Shown here: one piece after another, positions 18,801 to 30,000 of the stretch | Position numbering within the stretch: position 1 is the stretch's first letter | How the letters are laid out: the number at the start of each line of letters is the position of its first letter | Assembly: GCF_032191835.1 (NCBI RefSeq) | Contig: NC_083234.1 | Coordinates: 16,120,001 to 16,184,000, forward strand | Direction: 5' to 3' | From: Heteronotia binoei | Lineage: Eukaryota | Length of the DNA stretch: 64,000 nucleotides | Notes under the pieces: generated by a model | Seen by the model: the letters and a program-made list of their open reading frames with translations, nothing else | What the model was told of the DNA's origin: nothing | Database searches by the model: none | Position numbers and translations under genes: made by a program

Positions 18801-20988
18801 CACCCTTTGTTCCCCAGAAAACGCCCAGCCAGGCAGCTACCAAGGAAATTGTGACTTGGGCTTCACAAAGCCAGCCTGGCAGAGGGGGCTATGCTGGCTT
18901 TCCTGCCTTGCCTGGCAAGTGAGGGGTCTTTTTCCTCCTGAGAAGGAGGCCGGGAGGCCTTGGTGGTTTCTGCTGGGATGAAGTGTTGTCGGGCGTGGTG
19001 GTACACCCCGACTCCTGTGCTGCTTGTCCGCCTGCTCCAGAAATCCTCTCAAGATCCCTGCGAGAAGTCCTGGCACACAGGAAAGATTTGCCCATGCCCA
19101 CCGGGGATGATGCCCTCTTGGCATTGGAGGAGCTGCAGCTGTGCCCTCCAGCCCACCTGCCTGGAAGAGCCTGCTTGCGGTGTGTGTGTTATGGCCTGGG
19201 CAACTTCTCTTCCTGCTTTAAGGCCCGCTTCCAGCTGGCATTTCTGCTGCTGCTGCTGCAGGAACTCCAGGTGAGTGTCTGCCCCTCCCTTGGCAGGGCT
19301 CAGCCCACTGGCCCAGAGGCCCCACCCCTCTCCCAGCAGCCTGCCTCCTCCGCTTCTCTCCCTCCCTGGCAGGTTCCGGAGGAGTGTCTCTGCCCCCTCC
19401 CTTGGCAGGGCTCAGCCCACTGGCCCAGAGACCCCTCCCCTCTCCCAGCAGCCTGCCTCCTCCGCTTCTCTCCCTCCCTGGCAGGTTCCGGAGGAGTGTC
19501 TCTGCCCCCTCCCTTGGCAGGGCTCAGCCCACTGGCCCAGAGGCCCCACCCACCAGCAGCCTGCCTCCTCCGCTTCTCTCCCTCCCTGGCAGGTTCCGGA
19601 GGAGTGTCTCTGCCCCCTCCCTTGGCAGGGCTCAGCCCACTGGCCCAGAGACCCCTCCCCTCTCCCAGCAGCCTGCCTCCTCCGCTTCTCTCCCTCCCTG
19701 GCAGGTTCCGGAGTGTCTCTGCCGCCTCCCTTGGCAGGGCTCAGCCCACTGGCCCAGAGGCCCCACCCACCAGCAGCCTGCCTCCTCCCCTTCTCTCCCT
19801 CCCTGGCAGGTTCCGGAGGGGCTTTGCTGTGTCTTTGATCCTGCTTTCTCCCTGTTGGAAAGGGAAGTTCTCAGCAGCCTTGGCTTCTCTGTCCTCTTGT
19901 GGAATGAGGTGCGTGCCATCTTTGCCTGGGGGATGCCCAGAGCACCAGGTGGCCCTCATTGGGGGAGGGGCTGGGGGTAAGGGGGCTGCCTGTCCCCACA
20001 ATCTGGTGGTGGGGAGGGTTGGGGCTGGCTGGAGTTTCTAGTTTGCTGCTGGTCTTGATTGCAGGAGGGGAAGCGTCCCATAGATGAGCCCACAGTCTTC
20101 TACATGGTCCACTGTGGCAAAGCCCTCTACAACAACCTGCTGTGGAGCAACTGGTCAGCAGAGGCCTTGTCCAAAATGGTCATCGTAGGCAACAGTTTCA
20201 AGGGGATTGAAGAAAGGTGCCCCCTCCCCAAAGGACTGCTGGGGAGGGGGTAAAGGGGCCTCTCTAGCTGGCCCCCAACCTGCCCCTCATGCTTTCTGTC
20301 CCTTTGGCTTCTAGGGTCCCGGGCAGGATATTCCAAAGGGATTACGCTTACATTGCCAAGGTAGGCTGGGTGAGTGTGGGTGGGGTGAGGACATGGCTGT
20401 GTCTCCAGCTGCCAGTTTGGGGGAAACTTGACTCGGGACTTCCCCACCCCCCATCTGGTTGTGTTCTGACATCTGGCCCAAGAGCTCACGTCCCCTTCCA
20501 TGTTGGGGGGTGGGATGGGGGTGGCACACGCTGCTCTCACATCAGCCAGTTGTTGAGCTGTGCCACCCTCTGCTGCGCAGGCAACCCCAGAACCTCTGCA
20601 GCCTCTCAGAGTGGACCTTTCTCAACAATAGCGTATTTCTTGAGTTATATCCAGTGAATTCTGAGGTTAAGATGGGTCATGCAAGGGGGAGGGGAGCTCT
20701 GCTTGGCCTGTGTGTGAGCTGCCCCATTGCTCTGGGCCTGTTGCTGGCAGGCCCCCTCACGACCGATTCTCTCCCTGTGCCAACCATGGGCAGATATTAA
20801 CAGCCTCGGAGGAAGACGCCCTCCCTCCCCACGACAGGTTTCTGGATGTGTTCAACGACACGGCCGTCCACCGCTTCCCGTGGCAGAAGCTGAGGGAGGT
20901 GCCCCGAGAGACGTGGGCCTTCCACGAGGAGCCCCTTTACCCTCCCCAGGACCAGTTAGAGATCATCAGGAACAGCGACGGGACTTAG
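14369..20988 (+). CDS. SRRD: SRRD, SRR1-domain-containing protein. CDS span of 7 exons, 292 aa
   Basis: Contains [19 protein letters not shown]...[33 protein letters not shown] and [10 protein letters not shown], typical of SRR1/SRRD. Exon sum is 879 nt. Confidence 0.95.
15698..16124 (-). mobile_element. 5'-truncated CR1 (TTCTTATG tail) with a (TA)n(CA)n microsatellite in the 3' UTR
   Basis: RT C-terminal peptide [16 protein letters not shown]...[15 protein letters not shown]. Confidence 0.92.
16125..16888 (-). mobile_element. 5'-truncated CR1 joined directly to the previous copy
   Basis: ORF 16250-16888 is a CR1 ORF2 RT C-terminus ([18 protein letters not shown]...[11 protein letters not shown]). 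Confidence 0.93.
16975..17130 (-). mobile_element. L2-like LINE 3' tail fragment
   Basis: (ATT)n tail plus tcccgccctcccc...ctcagggcggct, similar to the tail at 61225-61300. Confidence 0.5.
18642..18682 (+). CDS. SRRD: SRRD exon 2 (41 nt), [13 protein letters not shown]
   Basis: Long pyrimidine tract with cacAG acceptor, GTAAGT donor. Similar to human DLFISDFWSSAL. Confidence 0.92.
19041..19270 (+). CDS. SRRD: SRRD exon 3, ILSRSL...[30 protein letters not shown]
   Basis: ctccAG acceptor, GTGAGT donor, phase 1 to 0. Confidence 0.92.
19271..19809 (+). repeat. Five tandem 102-112-bp copies forming all of SRRD intron 3
   Basis: Each unit ends cttctctccctccctggcAG|GTTCCG; first exon-like bases at 19373, 19485, 19593, 19705 and 19810. 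Confidence 0.93.
19810..19908 (+). CDS. SRRD: SRRD exon 4, [33 protein letters not shown]
   Basis: 99 nt, in phase. Similar to human [33 protein letters not shown]. Confidence 0.92.
20065..20216 (+). CDS. SRRD: SRRD exon 5, [30 protein letters not shown]...GIEE(R)
   Basis: 152 nt with AG/GT boundaries and a highly conserved peptide. Confidence 0.95.
20315..20360 (+). CDS. SRRD: SRRD exon 6 (46 nt), [15 protein letters not shown]
   Basis: cttctAG acceptor, GTAGGC donor. Confidence 0.92.
20794..20988 (+). CDS. SRRD: SRRD exon 7 (last), [12 protein letters not shown]...[10 protein letters not shown]
   Basis: gggcAG acceptor, TAG at 20986-20988. Confidence 0.93.
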   Translation: MLTASEEDALPPHDRFLDVFNDTAVHRFPWQKLREVPRETWAFHEEPLYPPQDQLEIIRNSDGT

Positions 20989-23110
20989 CTTCAGAGACTG
21001 GCCAAGAGGCAGTCAGCTGCAAGACTGCCATTTGCTCCTGGCTTCGTACCAAACTGAAGTCGACTCCATGGTCTGCCTGCTCCGGAAGCAGAGGGGCCTG
21101 TGCCCTTGGATCCTCTGGCAGAGCTCAGGGCACGCCCCCACCCAAGGCTGAACGGATGGACGCCCTGAGCAGCAGCAGGGGGCGCTCTGCTGAGGCTTCC
21201 GCTTAGGTCATCAGCAAGTGCAGCAGGGGTGGTGGGGGGAGGAGGCCTGTGAGGGAGCTGGTGCAGTTGGGATCTCGGTGTTCTTCTCTCTGGCTCAGCT
21301 TACAGCTGCTCCGTCAGCCAAAGAAAAAGGCAGCTGTTCTGGGAAACCAAACCTTAGCACAAATCGTGGATGTTTATTTTTAAAAAAAAAATGGTTTAAA
21401 ACTCTGACTTTTTGTGTCATTTTATTCTTTCCAGAGTGTGAGAATAAGATTTTGCATTTCTGTCGTCTAGCTCATGCATCTGGCCAGAGGTAGTGGAACA
21501 GCAGCTGCCTCCACAGGCTCGCTCTCCACTGAGACCCAGACAGGAAGGCCAGAGATCCAGAACAGCAGAGCTGCTTTGGAGCAGAGGAGTGACTGACTGA
21601 CTGGTATGGCCTCTAGCAGACCAGAAACAGCGGAATAGCAGGAGATTCCTGTCTGGGCCCAAGTGCAAAGAAGCATTTGAGAATGGCAGGAATGTCTGAC
21701 TAAACACAAGTGAGGATACAGTTCACGAATGGGGTACATCGGTTTATTTGTGAAAACATTTCTATCCAGCCTTTTCTTGTGGTGTCAAGTGACTGGGAAA
21801 GCAGCAGTCTCATGTATGAGAAAAAAGCAGTCACGCATTTTGGTGTTCTTGGTTAAGACTCAGAGTGCTAAAAATGTATTAACACGGCACTGAGATGTTT
21901 TTACAAAAATGCATGCGTACGTATAACAGGGTGCGCATTCTTTCCTAACTGCTTTATGTTTATACAAGGAATAAGGCCCCTTGTGAAGAAAAATACAACG
22001 GCTCTAGAAAGAGGCTATGGGCAAGTGCCCCCCCCCCATTCACCCCCACCACCTCCAGGGGAGATCTCTGCCAGCCAGAGAGCTCTTGTAATACTGAGTG
22101 ATCTCAGCCCTCACCTGGAGATCGGCAACAATGGTTCCCCAGAGGAAACTGCTGGTTTGGAGGGCGGAGTGCATGGCATTGCACCTGTTGGAGATCCCAT
22201 CCCCTTTTCAGATCCCACCTTCTCCAGGCCGCACCCCTTAAATCTTGAGGAATTTCTTAACCTGGAGTTGGGAACCCTATCTCCTTCTCTTTATCTGCTC
22301 AACTTAAGCTTTCCATTACATCCCCCCTCCCTGCAGCCTCCTGTAGGGAAAGGACAGTCTTTCTCCACAGCAGCGGGGACCAAAGCAGCTTACATCATTC
22401 TCCTCTCCTCCTGAACAACAACCCTGTGAGGCAGGTTAGGCTGGAAGTTTGTGACTGGTCTGAAATCCTCCCGTCAGCTTCCACAGCAAGAACGTGGGTC
22501 TGGCAGACCTTGCTCTAAAGCCCTAATGCCTATGGCCTCCACCACAGGATCTGCAGGGCTTTCCTACCAATCTGGAACTGGCCCCAACGAGTTCTCCCTC
22601 AGAGGCCTTGAGTGATACGTCCAGACCAACAGTCCGTCTCTGATAATGTTGTGGGTCTTAAGCATGAAACTTCAGTCTCTCCATGTGTCTCACTTTCCCA
22701 CCGTATCTCTCTCTATATCTGCTCTGTTCTCACAGGATACCATCTGTTCCGCTTTCCAGGAAGGTAGGAGTCCTCAGCCAATCAAGGGAAGCCTTTCTCT
22801 GGCTGTTTCCCTCCTCCTTCCTCAGCTAATTGAGGGAATGTGACAGGCAGCTCAGCCAATGGGAGAGTAGGGAGAGCCAGCAACTGCCAGAACTAAGGTT
22901 GGTTGCCGTTTACTGACATAATGAACTTTGCTGGCTAGCAGCAGCCACTTGGATGGGTGGGAGACAGAAGCGGATTCAACCAATGGCATGCAAATACTCT
23001 TGACTTGGCCAAGGGCTGACGCACCACAGTCCCAACCAATCAGGCTGCTGTTTTGCCAAGAGGGGTTTTATTATGTCCTAGAATAGAGAGTTGTATCTTG
23101 CTCTGAATAG

Positions 23111-23121
23111 AATAAAATAAA
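23111..23121 (+). terminator. Possible SRRD polyadenylation signal (overlapping AATAAA x2)
   Basis: First canonical hexamer I could find after the SRRD stop; it would imply a ~2.1-kb 3' UTR. Confidence 0.35.
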
Positions 23122-23546
23122 TTAGAAAAGCTGATTTTGAAAACCTGTAACTGACATGGAGCATTTTCACTGAAGAGTGTTTTCCTGGGGAACCTGTTTG
23201 CTTTTGGCAAGAAAGAGCAAATAGCCTCAAGTAATCACTCCTATGTCATTAAATATTGTTTTGATAAACTGGAGAGAGGATTCTGCTGTAATGTTTTCAC
23301 TTGCTTACTGTATCAAACCCAAAGCATTGTGGGGGGCACATACCTCCGGCTCCTTATGTGCATGGGGCCACGCAACAGAGGCGGGCCCTGGAGACACCTG
23401 CCAGGCTCCCGCACCACCTCAGCTCCAGCCTCCGACCCCCGCTCTGTTCTGCTGGGAGCTCATCACGGCCCAGAAGGGTGGGATGTGAAACTTCCAGGCC
23501 TGCAAATGAGTGGACTGGACACTCACTAACACAAAAGAAAATTCAT

Positions 23547-23552
23547 TTTATT
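23547..23552 (-). terminator. Putative TFIP11 polyadenylation signal AATAAA
   Basis: ~120 nt after the stop codon, followed by a U-rich tract on the minus strand. Confidence 0.7.
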
Positions 23553-23669
23553 TACACAATGAAGCCTCTTCAAGCACAAGAGGCCTGGACCCCAGAGCTG
23601 TGCTTGGATGAAGCCCTTGAATGCTGCTGCTGCTGCTGCCACTGCCAGTGTGGGCCCAGCCCCTCGCCC

Positions 23670-24025
23670 TCATTTTGTCATGTCAATGAGGCTCTGCAGG
23701 GAGGTGGGGACCCAGGTCTTCTCCCCCTGCACAAAGACCACCCCCCGGTCGATGTAGATGACAATGCGCCCAAAGGTGTACAGCTGCTTCCCTTCGTGCC
23801 GCTTCCCAATGACGGGCATGAAGACAATGTTGTGCTCCTCAGCCTTGGTCTGGATCAGGTCCTTGAAGTTCATGGGCACCGAGCCGGCGGCCATGCCAAT
23901 CCCCCGCTGAGCCATGTTCTCGGCTTCCCGCCGCTCCTGCATGGCCTCGTACTGGAAGTCCTTCCGGCGCTCCGTGTGCGTCAGGTAAGCGATGTTTTCT
24001 CGGGCACCAGGTTGCATGTAGCCCC
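23670..24025 (-). CDS. TFIP11: TFIP11 coding exon 12 (last)
   Basis: ctAG acceptor; [14 protein letters not shown]...SLIDMTK*. Confidence 0.95.
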
Positions 24026-27000
24026 CTAGCCCAGCAAAGAGAGAGGAAATGGTGAAGAGGGAACCGCTTAGCTTCTCCTTTGGGGCAGGAGACGGCACCG
24101 GGCCCTGACACTCAGGAGTGGGTAGGGAAGAACCACCTCTAGCAACTGGCACTGGCTTCTGGGAGGGCTTTGGGAGCAACTTCTCCTCCCCCCCCGGGGC
24201 AGAGTCACATGGCGGGGCCCAATTTGGCACCCCCAGAAGGCAATGGCTTGGTTTGCCTAGTGGCCCGGCCAGCCCTGATTGACTGAGATTCAGGTGAGGC
24301 AGCAACACTGAGCCAGCCCCTCCCTCGCCCATGGCTCAAAGGCAGCAGAGGCCCTTGGGCCAGAGCTAGCAACCGACTCACGCACCAACACTGGAAGAGA
24401 CGGCTCTGTTCATGACGTCCAGGGCTTCGTTGAATTTCTCCTTGACGGAGGGGTGGGCCAGCACCTGGTCTGAGAACATCGACTTCCAGCCCAGATACCA
24501 CTTGGTGATCTCTTCGTAATTAGGGTTGTTACTTAGCCAGGAGCACAGGACCTAGAAGGGGGGTGGAGGAGGCTGAAGCACGCCTGGGCTGGAACGGAGC
24601 TGACGCAGACAGTGGGCAAGGAGGCAGAGAGGAGAATTCTGCAGGTGGGGTCACATACCTGCAGCCACTTGGGAAAGAAGTGCTTCTCCAGCAGCCCCAC
24701 CAGGCTGGAGACAGAGATCATGCCCTCCCAGTCCATCACCCAGAAGAAGGCATCCATGTGCTGCTGGTGAGGGTTGATCAGCAGCTCGTTCAGGCACAGA
24801 CCTGCAGGAAGGAGAGAGGGACGAAACCACCTGAAGTCACCTTGGCCTGCAGCAAAGCTCCAAGCCTTCTGCTCTACCCTGCAGGCTCCGCGCAGCCAAG
24901 AATTTCCTGCAGGCGAATGTGGAAGACGGAACCTGGGACTAGACATTATGGGAAAGCTCTGCTGGTTTCCCAGGCTCATTTGTACAAGAATGGTTCTCTG
25001 TGCTGCTGAAGAGGCAGGCAAGGGGCTCTTCAGACGCTGCCTCCTCCTGGACACAAGGCCCTCCCTGCTGTGCAAGGGGACAGTCCCTGATTCCTGCAGC
25101 CCAAGCCTTTCTCTGCAACCCTCAGTCCTCCCCTCCCCTGGCCACCCCCAGCAAGCCAAGCAGAGAGAAAAGAGTGAAAGGAGCACCACAGGGGCCAGCC
25201 CGATCTCAGGCAAGTTGACCAGAGAGCCTGCTGATGCAAATGGGGGGCTTGACCTGGAAGCCCCTGGTGTCCCACTCTGTTTGTCTGCCGGGCTCTCCTT
25301 ACCCAGCTTTGGCACAATATTCTTGATCATGAAGGCCTCCCAGGACCCCGGGGTGAAGACCTCCTTCCAGGGCTGCAGGATGAGCTTGGCAGAGGAGTCG
25401 CTGGGGTGCCACTTCTGCAGGGCGCTGGCCAGCTTGTTGCGGATGGGGGAGTAGAGGGGCTCCAGGCGGGCCTGCATCAGGGGCAGCCAGGGGTGGATCC
25501 ACGAGTGGATGGGGACCGTGTCCGTCAGCGGGTTCCAGTTCTCCACCTGCAGGGCGGAGCAGAAGCCAGCTCTGTGGTGGACCGTCAAGGATCCTGCAGA
25601 GGCAGCCACACTGAGGGAGGCGCCTTCCTACCTCCTTCTGCAGCTTGGGGAAAACGAGCTGGTCGAGAATGTTCTCCAGGATCCAGACGGGAATGATGGG
25701 CGCCCAGCTGTCCAGGAAGTCCACCATGGGGATGCAGTTCCGGGGCTGCCACTGCCCTGCAATGTTCCGCACGTAGGGCATCCACGTCTCCCACATCAGC
25801 CTGAGCAGGAGAGACCCTCTCACTGAGTGCTGCAGCTGGGGCCATGGCCACGCAAGAGAACACGCATCAAGCAGGGATTCTAATCACTGCTTCCTTCTTG
25901 GCAACGCAAATGCCACTGACTCATCACCAAGACCTCCTTCCCCATCTTCTCTCCAGATCTGAGGGCCAGACTGTCACCCTGCCAGGCAGGGGAGGGGGTG
26001 GTGCTGGTGGGTCCCTACCCCAAGGGTCACAGCAGAGCAGCTCTAGGGGAGAAAGGCTCAGCCTCCCCTCCCTCCACAAGCCAGGCAGCCCATTTACCGG
26101 TGGAAAGCATCCGAGGAGAGGTCCTGCCCACCGTGCGACAACAGCTGGTCATTCTCCAGCAAGCTCTTCCACTGGCCCAGGATGTCCGTGCCGTACGTGC
26201 AGTCCTGGGGAGAGAGGAAGGAAAGAGGCCCAAAGATGGAGCACATGGGGACCCGGGAGGGAGGGAGGGAAGGGGGCCTTGCTCCCCAGCACGGGACCAG
26301 CCGTGTGCTTTCTGCTGTGCTTGTTTTGAAGTTTCTTTTAACCCTTTCCATAGGGGAACAGGGCCGTGGATGCCTCTGAGGCAGAAAGACACTGCACGCA
26401 CTTCCCATATCTGGTGTTTGGAGGCAGAATTTGCCCGGGGGGGGGGGGGAGAGATGACTTTGTGCCACTCTCCCCCAATGGCCTCTTCCAACCCCACCCA
26501 CCCAATGCCAGGAAGGTCGAGACCTCCAGCCACCCACCTTCAACGGGTCCCAGTTCTTGAAGTAGTCTTTCACCAGTGGGAACACAATGGCAGCGGCCAG
26601 ATCCACACGGTCGGACATCCGGTACTCCTCGTAATACTTATCCTGGAGAGTCTCGAAGACCTTGGCGCACTCGGCCAGGGTCAGGGGGTTGTCGCAGCCG
26701 GGTTGCATCCGCCGCTCACACTCCTCCACCGTCTCCAGGACCTTGCTGAGGTTCCGGATCTCAGCCTCCTGGCGCGCCAGGACCTCATCCATCTTCTCGA
26801 TCTCGTGGGTCAGGTTGACCACTTGGTCCCGCTCATACTGCAGCTGCCGGTCGTTCTGGATGATCTCCTGCTCGGTGAGGTCGATGAGGAGCTGCAGGTT
26901 GTGCTCCAGCTCGGGCAGGGCGAAGGCCTGGGGCTTGGCGTCCTTGCCCAGGGGCAGCGGCTGCTGGGGGTTGTCGTCGGGGATGTTGTGCTTCTGGCTG

Positions 27001-30000
27001 ATCTGGCTGTAGCTGTAATAGACCTTCTGCTCCCGGCCGGTCATGTCGATCACCTTCCGAAAGAGCCCAAGACAAAACAAAGGTCAGCAGCTCAAGGCAG
27101 GCGGGAAGACAAGTTAACGATGTCACTGGCAGAAGTCAAACAGAATGGTTAAGTATTGTAACAGGTCTGTTCTGCTGACACAAATGCTGATGTTGGACCA
27201 GTATTTTTTGTGCTGCAAAAGATAAGTCCGCATGCAGGCCAATGAAGCTATAACTCTCCAGAGTCAACTGAAATTGCTTTGCTTCCCAGTCCTTGTATCC
27301 ATCCAGAGACGGGCATTTCTAAAATTTCTCTTTTCTCTGTTGCGGGACCTCTTGTACTAAGACTGTGGCCATAGGGAAGCTTCACTGTCCCATGAGAAAA
27401 GGCCAACTCCTCCTCCTCCTCCCCCAGGCTGCAGAGCCTTCTGATTGGTCAGCCCGCCTCCAATCGCAGCAGAGGAAGGAGTACTGAGCAGCCCTGTTAG
27501 CTCCACCTGGGAAACCCTGTCCCGGCCTCACCTTGACTTGGGCCAGATCCTTCTGAGGTGCTGTTAGCTGCTTCCCCGCCCTGCCCTTGGCCTTCAGCTC
27601 CTCCACGGTCTTGTAGGTGTACTTTGGCTTCTTCTTGCTCCCGCTTGGGTCCTTCCGCCACTGGCTGAGCTCCTTCTGGAACTCCTAGAAGGGAAGCAAA
27701 GGCTGATATGGAGGCAGGCTGCCATTTGCTGGGAGCTGAAGGATGTGCCATTCCACTCCACAGAGCTCATCAGGGATTGCTTCCTCCAAGAGGGCTGTGC
27801 TGTTATTTTTGAAGATGATAATATTACATTTATATCCCACTCTCCACTCTGAATTTCAGAGTGGCTCACAATCTCCTTTATCTTCCTCCCCCACAACAGA
27901 CACCCTGTGAGGTGGGGGAGGGGGCTGAGAGGGCTCTCACAGCAGCTGCCCTTTCAAGCACAACTCCTGCCAGAGCTATGGCTGACCCAAAGCCATTCCA
28001 GCAGCTGCAAGTGGAGGAGTGGGGAATCAAACCCGGTTCTCCCAGATAAGAGTCCACACAGTTCACCACTACACCAAACTGTCTTCTGACAGACACCCTG
28101 TGGGGTTGAGAGAGCTCTCCCAGAAGCTGCCCTTTCAAGGACAACCTCTGCCAGAGCTATGGCTGACCCAAGGCCATTCCAGCAGGTGCACGTGGAGGAG
28201 TGGGGAATCAAACCTGGTTCTCCCAGATAAGAGTCTGCACACTTAACCACTACACCAAACTGGCTCTCAGAAGACAGACACCCTGTGAGGTGGGTGGGGT
28301 TGAGAGAGCTCTTCCTGCAGCTGCCCTTTCAAGGACAACCTCTGCAAGAGCTATGGCTGACCCAAGGTCATTCCAGCAGCTGCAAGTGGAGGAGTGGGGA
28401 ATCAAACTGGGTTCTCCCAGATAAGAGTCCGCACTCTTCATCACTACACCAAACTGAAGAGATCAGGGAGACAATGCAGTCCTCCAAAGCAGCAGGGGCT
28501 AGAGGAAGTCTTTGGAAAAGCTGATTTGGTCAGATCCAGTGGATTACTAATCACTCTGCTCCCATCTCAGCAGACCAAGTCCATAAAGAACTTTAGATAA
28601 ACCTCTAGGAATGGGGCAGAAGCAGCCCCAATAAGTAATGCCCACAGGGCACCTGGGGGTTGCGGGGGACACTCTCCTGGCTCCAGTCCTGCACCAGGTA
28701 GAATTTGCCTTGCAGGCCACTTCTCTGACCTTTGGCCTCCCTTGTGGGTACAGGCAACTCATTAACACCCCCCACCCCCAATGGGAATGGAGAGGGACGT
28801 GTGCTCTTCTCAGTGGCAGTTTGTTTCTCCTTTACAAAACTGGATAACAACTTCTGTGCCATATCTTACACCACCTCTTAATTTCCTCTTCCTATGAACG
28901 TCAAGACTGCGTGTTCTGGGTAGGGTATCTGGGAGTAAGAAGCAAGAGTCTTACTTCTGCTGGACTTCCACCTTTGCTGCTACAACTGGGTTAGTGTCCA
29001 GCTGAGAATTTTTCTGACTGCCTTTGCAAAGGCACCCAGCCTCATTTTTCACAGAGGCCAAACACACCTGCCTCTTTAGCACACAGTCTGCGAGGAAGTC
29101 TCTGATGCAGCCACTGAGAACCACTTTCGTTCATGGCAACTTGAAAGGAAAAGCATCCACAAAGTGCCCCAACGTAATACAAGGTGGTGGTGGGGGGGAG
29201 ATGTCCTACCTCTTCGGCTTCTTCCTCTGAGTCAACCACAGGGAAGTCCTGCAAGGACTGCGACGTCCGTTCTGAGCCATAGGCTCCCACGGCCCCTTTG
29301 CCTTTCCTCTGCTTGGCCTCAATGGGATTGATGATACCTGAGAAAGTGCAGTGCAGTCAGTTCATGGAATGCTCCCTGCAAACACCAGAGTGATCCAAGC
29401 TGCCTGGAGAAAGAGGGAAGGAAGCCCCACAGCAGCATCCACCCGACACCAAAGGCCCGGGATGGGGAGGAGGAGGGGCTCCAGTGAGCGGCCAAGCAGC
29501 TAAGCCCAGGAGTGACGCTTCCTGCCTGTTCACCCTGGGTGAGCCACATCCTGTCCTACCTTGAGCATTCTTGCCAAGACCCCGGCCGGGCACGTAGCCC
29601 ATTTTCTGAAGAAGCTTCTGCCCAATCCCCTTGGTGTGCCTCTCCCAGCTGCCAAAGTCCAAGAAGGACTTGGTTCCTCCTACAAAACCTTTCTGGCTGG
29701 GCTTGAAATTGCCACCCTGTTAAAAAGAAGAAATGGCAAATAAAAGCCAGTGTTAGTGAGACTAAACTGATGCATTTTAGAGCAACCTTCTACACACACC
29801 CCTCCTTAAACTAACAGTCTGACAAAAAAAAATCTTTGGGTTGCAACTTCAAGAAAATGTTGACTCAGCATGTAGAAGCAATGAAAATTAAGCAAGGTTT
29901 ACAGGACTGAAATAAAATGGCCGGTATCGTAATGCCCTTGAACAGATTTATGAGGTGGTACCATCTGAAATTGTTTTCCGTCATCCTGGAAGGTAGGACC

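Noticed and set aside
18983-20041. 352-aa ORF as an unspliced SRRD
   Set aside because: It is exon 3 read through the stop-free intronic repeat, and it enters exon 4 in the wrong frame.
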